64,000 nucleotides of DNA. Origin: Batkoa obscura. Taxonomy: Eukaryota. Both the position numbers and the translations under genes were made by a program. Position 1 is the first letter of the stretch; the number at the start of each line of letters is the position of its first letter. The stretch lies in assembly GCA_030770535.1 (NCBI GenBank), contig JASVEC010000025.1, positions 62,001-126,000 on the forward strand, in the 5' to 3' direction. The notes beneath the pieces were generated by a model, which saw nothing but the letters and a program-made list of their open reading frames with translations, was not told the origin of the DNA and did not search any database. Positions 26,446 through 39,627 of this stretch are shown in pieces.

Positions 26446-26899
26446 TTACATCGGGGTTGCATAGGAAATTTAATTAAACCACGCTTCGCTTTAAAGGCAT
26501 CGGTGTCCTTTTGAATCAATCGCTGATTAAGATTGATTAGGTTTTAGATCAGTTGATTAAGATCTTTAATATGATTATATTAATCCCATAATAACTAGTG
26601 ATACTAATTAAGTTTGTATTTTTAGCTTTAATTAGGCCAAAAAAGGTTGCATAATTTATTTAAATACCCCATTTTTCATTCAAACTTAACTATTAAATTA
26701 TTAAATATCTTTAATATTTTATACCATTATATTAACAAAATACTAATTATCCAACTTATCTAATAAAATGTAACTTCTAAGACTAGTATATAAACCTTGT
26801 CAGTATATTTAAACAAATGTTTTCAAATCAAAAAAGCAGTTTTAGTAAAAACAAATGAATGCTGACATCTTACAAGATATTATTGAACAGATAGAAAAT

Positions 26900-27400
26900 T
26901 ATGGGAAATTAGTTCTTGGTGAGGGATATAAGACAAGTGTTACTGTTGTTACACACTCTTTTGAAACTTGAAGATAAGACACGTAACAAAGGACATATTG
27001 TTAGAATATAATGCATTATGAGAGATATCCTTGTTGATGTAGTTGAAATCTTTAAAAGGTCAAAAACTGATGAAACTATACTTGAAAATAGCTATTATCC
27101 TAAAAGATTTATAATAGTATCTGAAGAACCCCCTTTATTGGCTATACAATGTGAGCATCATGCACATCAAAATCAGCAGTTTACTGAAGGAGATAATGAT
27201 CAAATACTAAGTTACATGCTTGCTGGAAAATTTACACATTCTATGTTGCTATCCGGATATTGAGCAGAGTTTTTTACCTACTTCAAGTATGAAACCAGAG
27301 TGATTGTTCAAACATAAATAAATAGGGCTTCTCAAGACATTATATAAGATTTTGATAAAATAGTTAATCATGTTTACAGCATGCAGATACCATAAAAATT
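26900..27400 (+). pseudogene. Interrupted ORF remnant, possibly a PD-(D/E)xK nuclease-like fragment
   Basis: 81-aa ORF (LLAIQCE...QILSYMLAG...SMLLSG) continues in frame past stop codons. Confidence 0.3.
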
Positions 27401-27846
27401 ATTGTGAAAAAAGGTGTAGTTCTTGAAAACCACTTCCTTGAGAATTTTTCAGCATTTCTCGGTATTTCTAAAAAAGTATATTATTGTTATTACCTTATTG
27501 TTCCTGACCTTTATACTATATCTAGTAGCAAAAAATAACAATGTTTTCACAGAAATCTGCCCACAAGCTCATATGCTTCACAATCATTCAAAGTTTTTTT
27601 AACTCGAATTACTTTTTAAATTATTTTTTTCTGTTTTTCAATAAACGTACTTTACTAAATAATTAAATTTGAATATTGAAATTTTACAATTGAATTGAAA
27701 ATAAAATTTCAAAATAATAAAATAACATCTAAATTTGATAATTTAATATAAGTTAATTAGAATACTTGACTGTTTCTATAGTGTTGATCTGAGGGTTGGT
27801 ATAAAATTGTGTTGTGAGTTAAAATTTAAAGTTTATAAAACAAAAT

Positions 27847-27947
27847 GGAGGTGTTTTTTATGGGTTTCATCACTTTTTCCATTTTTTAAGCGCCATTTGA
27901 GCGGAAAGGCTATCCAGTAAAATTCTTAAACAAAAAAATACATCCTC
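27847..27947. mobile_element. ~100-bp MITE family A copy, TSD AAAT
   Basis: GGAGGTGTTTTTT...AAAAAAATACATCCTC, shared core ATTTGAGCGGAAAG, AAAT on both sides. Confidence 0.88.
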
Positions 27948-28714
27948 AAATATTAAATAATAACAGTATTATAAATATAGTAGTATTTAAACGTAAAGTT
28001 ATTAAACTAAATTTTAGTAACAAATTTTATATTATGTTTAAAATGTTATATTACTATTTGTATTTTCTTAAATATTTTTTTAGTATAATATTGATATATA
28101 ATCACCATAATGATAAATAAATATAAAAAATTAAACTTCAACTTTATTTATTCCTATTGTTCATTTGAGTTTATATTTACATTTATTTCCTTTTTACTGT
28201 GTTTCTATAGGCAACGTAATATCTATATTGTTGACTTCTCAAAAATAAGCAAAATGATCAAAATTACAAGGATTGTTATTAGTATTTAGTATTTCAATAG
28301 ATTTAATGAAGGTAGTTTCCGCGATTATGCTTTGAGCCTATTTTTTAAAATGTGTTCAAATAAAATAAACAATATAGCTACTGTTATTAAAATAACCCCC
28401 TTTATCCTGCTAATTATCCATCTATAGTAATTTGTTATCACAGCTTTTAATTATTATAACAAAATGATTTTTCAATAATAATGACAAAGCTCCCTCTTCT
28501 CTTCTTAAGTTTCCATACTATTTATTTAAACCTACATCACTAATTAAATTTTTATTAAAAGAGATACTTAAACCGGTATTAAAAATCATGTGATTATTAA
28601 AATGGTTTATTAAATATTTTTATAAACATAGAACATCTGGAATGAGTTAGTTTAGTTATTTTTTGCTTTTTTTAAAGGTTAAATGGTTGCAGTTGCAATT
28701 TATGAATATTATAT

Positions 28715-28813
28715 GGGGATGTTTTTTTTGGTTTCGTTACTTTTTTTATTTTTTAAGCACTACTTGAGCGGAAAGGTTGTTAGTAAAATTCTTAAACAAA
28801 AAAATACCTCTTC
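28715..28813. mobile_element. MITE family A copy, TSD ATAT
   Basis: Same termini and core. Confidence 0.88.
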
Positions 28814-30567
28814 ATATCTAAACATGCTGTAATAATATTGAGTTACACTAAAATGGATCGATAATTTAGATGAAAGTATAAATACATGCTAATATTTTCC
28901 AAGATTAAGACTACCTCTCCTTTAATTTTATTTGATTTTAAACTTAATTGATATAAAATAGCAATTAAATCGCTTTGACTAGACTTAAATTTTGGGTATT
29001 CAAAATATATGCTATTAATGACAATATATATTAGTATAATTGTTTGCCTTAATTTAAAGAATTTTTGAATGTTGAATTATGTTAATCCTAAAGCCTAAAT
29101 TCAGAGTCTAATTGATCAAAAGTATAAAATGTGTTTGTACCTATCTCATCTTGTAAAATGGAAAAACATTAGAAAGTTGTCCTAAGCTTTATTCTTATTG
29201 AATTTGATCTACCTTTTAATTAATGAAACTGTTTAAAAAATAATTTTTAGGCTTTTTTTTGCCATTAAAGTAGCTCTATGATGCATTGACCTATTATCAT
29301 TGAAAATTAATTGCTAGCTTATCTTAAATATAGTCTATAAATAAACCTATTACTATATCTAGTGAACTAATTATATCTTACACTTTCCATTCTATTGTGT
29401 TGCCAATTAACTTAAACTCTTTTTTAATTTTATTCACATGTTCTTTTATATTAGTCATAACCTTTTTATCTGGTATTCAAGCCTTTCCAACGAATGGCAT
29501 AATTTATCTTCAATTATTATGCATTCATTATTAGTTATACAAAACACTATTGAATAGTTTTTTTTATAATGAAAAAGTATTAATAAAAATGACAACATTT
29601 TAAAGAATTTACATTTTACTTATTTCTTTATATCTGTTCTTGGTTCATCCTTTTATGATGGGTCCTTATATAGTAAGAAAAAATTAATAATAATACTAGG
29701 TTTTGGAAAATTTTGTAGTTACTTTTTAATAGTTATAAATATAATAAAGGAGATAAAGTAAATACATAAACTATTTTGAATAACTTAAGGTTAGCTGTAT
29801 AATGTTAATACAGTTTAATCTTGCCAAAATTTTGTAAAATGTTAAAACTATTATTATTGATCTATATGAGAACGCATATTTTGTTTTAATATTTTGACAG
29901 TTTCTTGTGCAATATAAAATACAAAGTTGGTTAAATGCTGGAGAAAAAAAGCACGTTAAACAAACAGTATTAAAATGTTGTTTCAGTGACAAAATATATA
30001 ATAAAAATAAAAGATAGTTGGTAATATAATAAGGTATAGGAATAAAGCCACATTACTGACTTTTTATTTCATTTTTATTTATAATAACGTTACTTCAAAA
30101 AGCCTAACATTAAATCTAAAAATAATTTTTAAATAAAGGAACACATCTATGTTGTAAGTAGATTTGAAACTGCTGTTTAGTTTGAGATTAGATAAGTTTT
30201 GGTCATTTTCTATGAAAGAAATGTAAAACTAATTTAAAAATAAATGCTCTAAACAATTCCTAGTTTAATTTTCAGTTAGAATACTAAAGTTGATATATAT
30301 GCAATATAGGTTGTATCGGAAGGTTTATTGTATTCTCTACCTACATAATAAACATGTGCATATGTTTTACGTGTATTTATATAACGTTCTAACACTAGAT
30401 TTCAAACAACTCAGTTCAGTCTAATAATATAGGTAATAATAGATAAACCCACTGATTTTAAAATACATGAAGCTCTAAATAGCATTTGACTAAATTTGTG
30501 TTTTTGAGTTGTGGTGATTTGTGATTTGTAAGAAGGAAGTAATACAGCTGAATCTAAAATATAGTAT

Positions 30568-30665
30568 GGGAGTGTTTTTTTTAGCTTCATTATTTTTTCC
30601 ATTTTTAAGCACTACTTGAGTGGAAAGATTATTAGTAAAATTCTTAAACAAAAAAATACATTCCT
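30568..30665. mobile_element. MITE family A copy, TSD not conserved
   Basis: Same core (CTACTTGAGTGGAAAG...AAAATTCTTAAACAAAAAAATACAT). Confidence 0.85.
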
Positions 30666-31056
30666 GATGTTTTTAAGAATTTGAGGATTTTTTGAAATTT
30701 AAAGTCAAATAGTGATACTACGTCCCAATTCAAACGTGAATTGGGTATTTTCGATTCTGTACTGACTAAATAAAATCATGATGATTATTTCTATTTTCAT
30801 ATTCAGTAAATACAAAATTGAAAATGCTCGATTCATGTTTAAATTGAGTCAGTAGTATCTCACTAAAAGAAATATATGCCAATAGTTTTTTATTTGAAAC
30901 AAAAACTCACTAAATTTAGAATTTAAATTCAAGCACTTGCGAATATGATCAAAACCAGAAAACCAGAAAACTACAGGAAAATCAAAAGTTAACTAAAACT
31001 TTGGTAAAAAGGAAAGTATAAATTGCGATGAAAGCAATTTACAAAACTTTATAAAA

Positions 31057-32847
31057 ATGAATAAGTTTCTCTATTTAACTATTTCTTTATTGATACCCAG
31101 TGAAGTGTACAGTTATAACTGTCCAAAGCCCACTGATACCTGTCGTTCTGGCTATAATAGCTTCTCATTTTCAGATCCTAAAGCTCCACAATGCTGGTCA
31201 GAAGGTTATAGCGGCTGGCAATGTACTGCTAAACAAAGCGGTAGCTGCAATGAAAACAATGGTCAAATTGATATTGCAAAATGTAAGCAGCCAATCCCTG
31301 AATGCCCAAAGGCTACTGACTCTTGCTTAGTTGGTGATATTGCCTATCTTGCATCTCAATCATTTGCACCAAAATGTTGGGCAAAAAATCCATCAGCTAA
31401 ATTTGGATGGACCTGTCAAGGAAATTCAAGTACTAAATGTGATGCTTCTAAAGGTGAACTTGATTTAACTACTTGCAAAATCTCTCCACCAATTCCAGTA
31501 CCTGAATGTCCAAAGGCTACTGACTCTTGCTTAGTTGGTGATATTGCCTATCTTGCATCTCAATCATTTGCACCAAAATGTTGGTCTAAGACCACTTCAG
31601 GTTGGTCTTGTCAAGGAAGTTCAAGTACTAAATGTGATGCTTCTAAAGGTGAACTTGATTTAACTACTTGCAAAATCTCTCCACCAATTCCAGTACCTGA
31701 ATGTCCAAAAGCTACAGATACTTGCCAATCTGGTACTTCAAATTTTAAGGCAAATGACCCAAAAGCACCAAAATGTTGGTCAAAATCTTTAACTTCTCAA
31801 TACGGATGGACTTGTCAAGGAAATTCAAGTACTAAATGTGATGCTTCTAAAGGTGAACTTGATTTAACTACTTGCAAAATCTCTCCACCAATTCCAGTAC
31901 CTGAATGTCCAAAGGCTACTGACTCTTGCTTAGTTGGTGATATTGCCTATCTTGCATCTCAATCATTTGCACCAAAATGCTGGGCAAAAAATCCATCAGC
32001 TAAATTTGGATGGACCTGTCAAGGAAATTCAAGTACTAAATGTGATGCTTCTAAAGGTGAACTTGACTTAACTACTTGCAAAATCTCTCCACCAATTCCA
32101 GTACCTGAATGTCCAAAGGCTACTGACTCTTGCTTAGTTGGTGATATTGCCTATCTTGCATCTCAATCATTTGCACCAAAATGTTGGTCTAAGACCACTT
32201 CAGGTTGGTCTTGTCAAGGAAGTTCAAGTACTAAATGTGATGCTTCTAAAGGTGAACTTGACTTAACTACTTGCAAAATCTCTCCACCAATTCCAGTACC
32301 TGAATGTCCAAAAGCTACAGATACTTGCCAATCTGGTACTTCAAATTTTAAGGCAAATGACCCAAAAGCACCAAAATGTTGGTCAAAATCTTTAACTTCT
32401 CAATACGGATGGACTTGTCAAGGAAGTTCAAGTACTAAATGTGATGCTTCTAAAGGTGAACTTGACTTAACTACTTGCAAAATCCCTCCACCAACCCCAA
32501 AGTGCCCAACTAAAGACGATTATTGCAGATATGAATACTCCTACTTTTATGCTACTAATTCCAAAGCACCTGCTTGTTGGGCTAGATCTAACTATGGTTG
32601 GACTTGTACCAACAAAAACGGATCTTCTTGTGGTGATAACCAAGTTGATATTTTTACCTGCTTCCCAAAGCCAACTCCACCTAAATGCCCAGGATCATCT
32701 GATAAATGCTATGATAGTTATGGACGTAGCTATACTCTTAAAGGGTATGGGACTCCTAGATGTTGGACAAAGTCGAATTATGGATGGTCCTGTAGAAACT
32801 CTTACAGCGGATGTACTTCCAGCGAAGTTGATATCAAGTCATGCTAA
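31057..32847 (+). CDS. Secreted cysteine-rich protein with nine tandem 6-Cys modules
   Basis: Signal-peptide-like N-terminus; nine repeats of CP..D.C...P.CW...GW.C...C...D...C with Pro-rich linkers; intronless. Confidence 0.92.
   Translation: MNKFLYLTISLLIPSEVYSYNCPKPTDTCRSGYNSFSFSDPKAPQCWSEGYSGWQCTAKQSGSCNENNGQIDIAKCKQPIPECPKATDSCLVGDIAYLASQSFAPKCWAKNPSAKFGWTCQGNSSTKCDASKGELDLTTCKISPPIPVPECPKATDSCLVGDIAYLASQSFAPKCWSKTTSGWSCQGSSSTKCDASKGELDLTTCKISPPIPVPECPKATDTCQSGTSNFKANDPKAPKCWSKSLTSQYGWTCQGNSSTKCDASKGELDLTTCKISPPIPVPECPKATDSCLVGDIAYLASQSFAPKCWAKNPSAKFGWTCQGNSSTKCDASKGELDLTTCKISPPIPVPECPKATDSCLVGDIAYLASQSFAPKCWSKTTSGWSCQGSSSTKCDASKGELDLTTCKISPPIPVPECPKATDTCQSGTSNFKANDPKAPKCWSKSLTSQYGWTCQGSSSTKCDASKGELDLTTCKIPPPTPKCPTKDDYCRYEYSYFYATNSKAPACWARSNYGWTCTNKNGSSCGDNQVDIFTCFPKPTPPKCPGSSDKCYDSYGRSYTLKGYGTPRCWTKSNYGWSCRNSYSGCTSSEVDIKSC
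31300..32495 (+). repeat. Higher-order coding repeat (ABC)x2 with a 603-bp period
   Basis: Units start at 31300, 31504, 31699, 31903, 32107 and 32302 (204/195/204 bp) and are near-identical at DNA level. Confidence 0.95.
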
Positions 32848-33483
32848 ATTATAAATCCCATCAAAATAAATTATTTTATGTGAAATTATCACTTTTAGTT
32901 TTTCCAAGCTGCTATTGTTTATATGGTTTTTTGTATAAAAACTATAAAACTTAAATCTTAACAATTCGTAGTCATAAAGTATAATGCATAGTTATTAAAT
33001 GCAAATGTTTATATCAAACATTTATATTTCATGTTGGATTTATTTTTATAATGTTAAAATAATATGCCAAGTTATAATTAACAAGCACTATTCCGAAAAA
33101 TCAACCTAAATGGGTTGATGCTAAAAGCAAGAAAAATATACTAAAAAGTAATTATATAAATTTAAGCTTTTAATCCAATATAACTTGGGTCTCCCGTTAC
33201 CACCTAAACTAAAAACTAATATTATAAATAAATATTTTATAACATTAAGTTACAAGCGTAGGTATTTTTGGACAAAAAAAAGAAGAGCCATCTGGATTGA
33301 TTTTCAAATGTATAAAAACTTAAATAACATGTATTTTAAAGATTAAATTTAAATTTATTATAAAATAAATAGTCTTTATAATATTTATATTTTATTTTGT
33401 TTTACTTTTAAAGCATTTTTAATAACCAGCATATAATAATATTTGGGGGCCACTCTATCAGTTTCTTTTGTTTGAAATCATAT

Positions 33484-33582
33484 GGGGGTGTTTTTTTTGG
33501 TTTCATTATTTTTTCTATTTTTCAAGCGCTATTTGAGTGGAAAAATTGTTAGTAAAATTCTTAAACACAAAAATACATCCCC
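33484..33582. mobile_element. MITE family A copy, TSD ATAT
   Basis: GGGGGTGTTTTTTTTGG...AAAAATACATCCCC. Confidence 0.9.
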
Positions 33583-34579
33583 ATATACAAAATAAAATAT
33601 TAAAATGTTTTAAAAATTTATTCACCTTTTAAAGTTAGGGTATATTATGAGAGCATTAAAGACTTTATAAAAAATAATTATAGATATACTTTGTTTTAAC
33701 GTTATAGCTTGATTTATTAAGTTTAATATTAAAAAACTGATAAAATAATAATAAAAGCCATTAAAAAGACTAAATAGCCTGAAACGCAAAATGAATTTTT
33801 GAATCACTTTATAGATAAAACTATAAATTTAAAGTATAGGCTAAAAATGCTTAGGTGAAAATATTATAATAGTGAAGTCATATCAAAACTAAATAAAATG
33901 AATTTGACTTTACTTACTTTAAACATTAATACTATTGTAAACAGCCTTTTTCAATTTTTATTATTTCTATAAGGTACTTGAAGACTTCGCCTTTCAAAAT
34001 AAAAAACTATTGTAAATATTGTTATTCAACATCATATATTAATAGCACTTATCTCTAAATAAAATATTATTTGATAAAATTAAACTTTATATCAAACTGC
34101 AACTAATTGTTTTAATATATTGTATTATTCTTAATAGTAATAGAATAAAATAAAATAAAATAATTAATGAATTAGTAGTTTAATATCAAATAAAACTATT
34201 TGAGAGACCAACTTAAGTTTTTTATTTTAATTTATTACCTAATATTTCAATAAATAAAGGCATATAAACAAGATAGAATGAAAGTTTACAAATATTAAGA
34301 ATTCGTTTATTAAAACAAATTTTAATTAATTAGATATAATTTTGTAGCTTACTAACTATTTTAATGTAGCCACTTCAATTAAAAAATACAATTCTTATTA
34401 ATAAATACATAAACTTACATAGGGAAATATCCATAACTTAGATAAAACCCAATTGATCAAATATGTAAGAGTTGTACTTTACTTTAAATTGTTATTTTTC
34501 ATGTTTATTTCTTTAATAGAATTAAAAAAAACTAAAAGTTACTAAAAAACATTCCATTTCTATTCATTGAATCAAAATT

Positions 34580-34947
34580 TTAATCTTGCTTCTTAATTTC
34601 TTTAAATCCAAGATGGAAAGCACGTTGGCAATCAGCAAATGCTGTTCCAAATCCAAACCCAGTACCTAAGATTACTGGCCACATGCGTCCTAATACTTTA
34701 TTAATATTTTCTTTTTTTTTAAAATAAACTTCACTTACTTCTAAATAATAATACTGAAGCTCCAATACCCAAACAGAGTCCAAGACTGCCATTGACGACT
34801 AAATTTGAAAGGCATTGATCACGCTGTTGATTTTATATTAATTTATTTTATTTTATTTATATGAATAGTTACTTTAGTTGCTAATAGTTTTTCTGATGGC
34901 ACATTGACTGCCTCTTCTTTGTTGCTGAATTTGGATGCTTCTGACAT
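34580..34947 (-). CDS. MIC10: MICOS subunit Mic10
   Basis: PSEKLL..K, GLCLGIGASVLLFRRRMWPVILGTGFGFG glycine motifs; 2 introns. Confidence 0.92.
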
Positions 34948-35379
34948 TTTTGTAAAAACAAGGTAAAGTGAAAGTTACTCTCTATTTCTATAACCTTTTT
35001 TTAGCCAATCATTTTGCTCATTAGTTTTTAAATTTTTATTAGCTAGATAAATAAAAAAGACCAACATCAAGAAAGTATTATAGTCTTAAAAGTGTTTGAA
35101 TATTCATATACTTTTTTATTATTAAAGTTTTAAAATATAATAAACCTGATATCAATTATGTATCATTTTATTTGATAATAATAAAGGAATCCAAATTCAA
35201 ACTTTATGTCACTCACTATATCTTTAATTATTTATTGCACTCCATTAAAATTAAAAAAGTATGATAAATAATAAACTACTACATGACTTTATTTAGAATA
35301 GTTTGAAATAGATATATACATGTAAATTTTATAAATATTTATTTAGCAATTTAATAAAATTAATAAGTTTATACCTTAA

Positions 35380-38300
35380 TTAAGATGGCATGTTAATAGC
35401 ATCCGGATTGATGGTTATAGACTTTGTGCAATCATGTGTTTTATAAATACCTACCAATCTATCTGCCATTTCAAACATATTATTTCTTAGCGAAATAATA
35501 ATAAATTGTGCATCTTTGGTTCTTTCTTTAATATAATTGGCTACTATGGAAACATTCCTAAAATCAAGTGCTGCGTCAATTTCATCCATGACATATAACG
35601 GAGTTGGTTTAAAGTGATGCAATGCAAACACTAAAGCTAATGAACTTAGAGTCTATTAAATAGAAAATTAAATAAATGCATCAATAAATAGAATGAAAGT
35701 TAACTTACTTTTTCTCCACCAGATAAATTTGAAATATTTTTCCATGATTTTTTAGGTGGCATCACTGAAAATATAATTCCTTCTGCGAAAGGATCAAGGT
35801 TATCTACCAATTCAAGTTCTGCATTACCTCCTAATGTAATCATTTGATACATCTCTTTCAATTTATAAGATATTGCAGAAAATCCTTCCATGAATTTAAA
35901 ATGACGTGTCTGCTTCAACTCATCATAATCTTTTTTGATTTTTGCATGATTATCCGAAACATTATCAAACTCGTTTTTACGCTTTAAGAAATCTTTGTTC
36001 TTTTTACGATATTCTACTATCACTCCAAGATTAGGTGTCGTATGTTTAAGCTTATTTTGTCCTATTGAGATTATATTCTCGAGCTCTTTTAGATCTTGTC
36101 CTTCTAACTCTTCTCTACTATAAGTTACCAATGCTTCGTTTTGTTCATTCTCAATTTCATCTTCATCCATCATATCTTCATTATCGCTTTTTGTTTCTTT
36201 GTCCTCATACACATTTTTAAGCGCAAGTGCTTTTAATTGATTATCCCAATGACTCTCATGTTTTTCGCATCCCTTGAATTGTTGTTGTTGATCATAAATC
36301 TTATTAGTGAGATCTAATTCAAGAGCCTTCAAATCATTTATAGATTCTGAAATCTGTTCCATTTCTACTTTAACCTCTTCAATCTGTGTTTCAATGGCTG
36401 CCTTTTCTTCATCTATTGCTTCCTTTTTTGAATCAACTTCGGAAATCAATTTAGCATTCTCCTCAATTTTACCGACACCTAATTTATATTCTTCAGCTAC
36501 GCTTTCTTGTTCGATTTCTAATCTTTCTAACTCTTTTTCAGCCTTGTTTTGGTCTTTTTCAGCTTTGTCTTTAGCTACTAATGTTCTAGATTTATTCTGT
36601 AAATACTCTTCAATAACATTTTTAATACTTTCGACAGTACTATTCTGTATTCTTAATCTGGTACCACCTGCTTCAAGCACCTTTTGATGAAGTTCATCTA
36701 TATCTTTTCTTATTGTTTGTGAATCAGATTCTAATTTTACCATGTCCCGCTTCAAAATTTCAATTTCTGACTTGTAACTAATCAATTGTTCTTTTTCTTC
36801 TTTTGTTAAAGGCGCAGTTTGTTTAAATTGAGTATAACGCTTTTTCCCGTCTTGGATTTGACTTTTTAATGATTCCAGATCCATTTCTAGCTTAGCAATT
36901 TCGGTTTCAACACGTGGCAACTCAATTTTGTCCTTTTCAAGAGTATCTTCCTTTACTTTTAATCTTTGGCGGAACTGATACAGTTCTTCTTGAGCTCTTC
37001 TAAGAATATCATTAAGTTTTTGCAACTTTTCTGGGCTAATGGGATCATCATATATACTTGAGCTCATAGCCCCTCTTGAAACGCGCTTACCACCACCACT
37101 CATCGTGCCACTTTTTTCTACCATATCTCCCTTTAAAGTAACTACCCTCCATCTAACTTGTCCCATACCAACCCTTCTTGCCTGATCCAGATCTTTTGCA
37201 ACCAAAGTATTTCTTAAATTATTGTAAAAGGCTTGTGAATATATCGGGTCTTTTGGTGTAATAAGATCGAACAATCTAGGCACATTTTCTGGTGTAGAAA
37301 TTCTGTGCATCGATTCTTTCTTTATACTATTTAATGCCATAAAAGTTGCCCTACCAACATTATTGTCTCTAAGGAATTTGATACATTGTTGCGCAGTTTC
37401 AATTGTATCGACTATTATATGTTCTAATTGTGGACAAGCGGTTGAAATTGCCACGTCATATTTTGCATCTATTGAGCCCAAATCACCCAATCTTCCATGT
37501 ATCCCATGGATAAGTCCTAACTCCTTTTGACGAATTATTGCCTGTATAACCTTATTTCTTGCTTTGGCATTATTCATGGTAGATTCTGCTTCACTCTGCT
37601 TAAGTTGAGCTTGTTGGTATTTAAATAATAATTCAGAATCTTTCAATGCATCTTGTTCTATTTCTTTTTCTAAAGTATTTATCTCATCAATCAAAAATTC
37701 TTTTTGTTCAATAAGTGAGGGAAGCTGCTCTTGTTTTGCAATTTGTGACTCTGATAGCTTATTTACTATGTTTTTAAATGTTTCCAATTGTCCATCATAA
37801 GCATTCTCTTTATCATTTAATATCTTCATTTTAGATTTAATTACATCAATTTCAATCTGTTTCTGATTAATTTTTTCGTTCCAAGGAATAAGCTCTTTTT
37901 GCTTTTCATCAATTTTTGATCGAAGTTCCTTAGTCTTACCTAATAAAAGTTGATCAAACAATTCAAAACTTAATATTATGATAATAGCTACCTTCAAGGT
38001 CTTCGCGTATTTTTTCCAATTTCTTTTCTTCAACTTCTAGTGTCTTCTCATCCTCATTTATTTTAATCTCACATTTTTCTAATACAGCTCCACAATTACT
38101 AAAATCGCGTTTTGAATCTCCGATTTTTTTCATTGCCTTAAGTAGTTTAATAGATATATTTATGATAAGAAAAAATAACTTACTGCATTCTTTCTTTCTT
38201 TAATCTTCTTTATCTTTCCATTTATATGCTTAAGTTCAAATTGTAATTTAATATCAGCTGTATCTATAGCCTCTTCTTCTTTTTTAACTTGAAGTACTTT

Positions 38301-39408
38301 CTTATTGACTTCAGTTAAACTTTGTGAAAGTTCCTTGTGTTTCCTTTCCAACTCTTTAATTTTTTGACTTGTTTCTGAATTCTTTTCCTTTTCGCCTTCA
38401 AGTTGTTCTTTTAAGTTATTCTAAAAACAAATTAGCCTATATTTAATGAAAAATATATAACTTACCAATTTTTTGAACGCAATCTCTTTGCTTTTAACGC
38501 TTTCTAGTTTTTTAATTTGAAAGTAGATGTTTTGTTTTTTTATGTGCTCATTTTCTTCTCTAAGGTATTCGTCTGCTTCAAGTTTTTTGCCCTTAAAATA
38601 TTAGCATTCATACTATTCTCAATGTATTATTCTTTACTTCTAAAGACTTGAGTTCTTTTTCAACAATTTTCATCCTATTAAGTTTTTCTTGTTTTACTTC
38701 GGTAGCTTTCTCTAGCTCTATACTTGCATTCTCAATAGGCTCCTTATATTGTGAAGTACCAATAATATCTTCTAAATATTCCAATAATCCATCGTCATGG
38801 TCGTTTAAAGCTTTAGGTTTCATCTGTGAAATTGACTCAACTTCACCCTTTGATTAGAAATTATTAGCTTTATTTTAATTTTAAAAAACCAAACTCACTT
38901 GTAAAATCAAAAAACGTTTATGATCCAAGTCAATGCCTTTGTTTCGAAGTAAATCCGTTACTTCGGTATAGCTACTTACTCTTTCGTTTATAAAATATCG
39001 ACTGGTATTATTACGGAAAGCTGATCTTTTAACAACTAACTCTGTGTTTGGTATATATTCACTACTATCTCCCAAGTCATTGATTTCTACAAAATGAACT
39101 TCAACTGAACAAGACTCTAAGTTAGGGTAATCTTTAGAGTTATGGATCAACTCAGATAACTTTCCTTGTCGCATTTTATTGGCTCGATACCCAAAGACAA
39201 ATAATAAAGAGTCAATCACATTGGACTTTCCAGAACCGTTTGGTCCTACAACTGCAGAAAAAGACTCATGAAAGGGCCCAATGACTTGAGTACCAGCATA
39301 TGATTTGAAATTCCTTAATACCATCTTTGATATTATTAACCGTCTGCTAGGTTCATTAACATCTTGAGTGTTTTCGTTTATTATATTTTCTTCCACCTCG
39401 GATACCAT
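35380..39408 (-). CDS. SMC4: Condensin subunit SMC4 (multi-exon)
   Basis: Walker A GPNGSGKSN, IDLDHKRFLILQ, hinge GRLGDLG, LSGGEK, MDEIDAALDFRN. Confidence 0.97.
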
Positions 39409-39627
39409 TTATTTTTTTTATTGTCACAACAATAATTTAAAAAAGGTAAATTTGAAATTTTGATTTTCTAGAATAAATATGATTTTAAGTGTAAAATAAT
39501 TGATGTCATTTGAAATATAAAAATTAATATAAAATGATACTAAAAAAGAATAGTAATAACAATTTGATTTTATTACGAAACATTTCAACTCACTTTAAAA
39601 ATAAATTCTAATAACATCATAGTACAA

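Noticed and set aside
29420..29680. Signal-peptide-like fragments
   Set aside because: No in-frame ATG, or an immediate stop; T-rich DNA readily mimics hydrophobic peptides.
31300..32495. Regular repeats as a possible CRISPR array
   Set aside because: In-frame coding repeats of ~200 bp with no unique spacers or cas genes, in a eukaryotic context.
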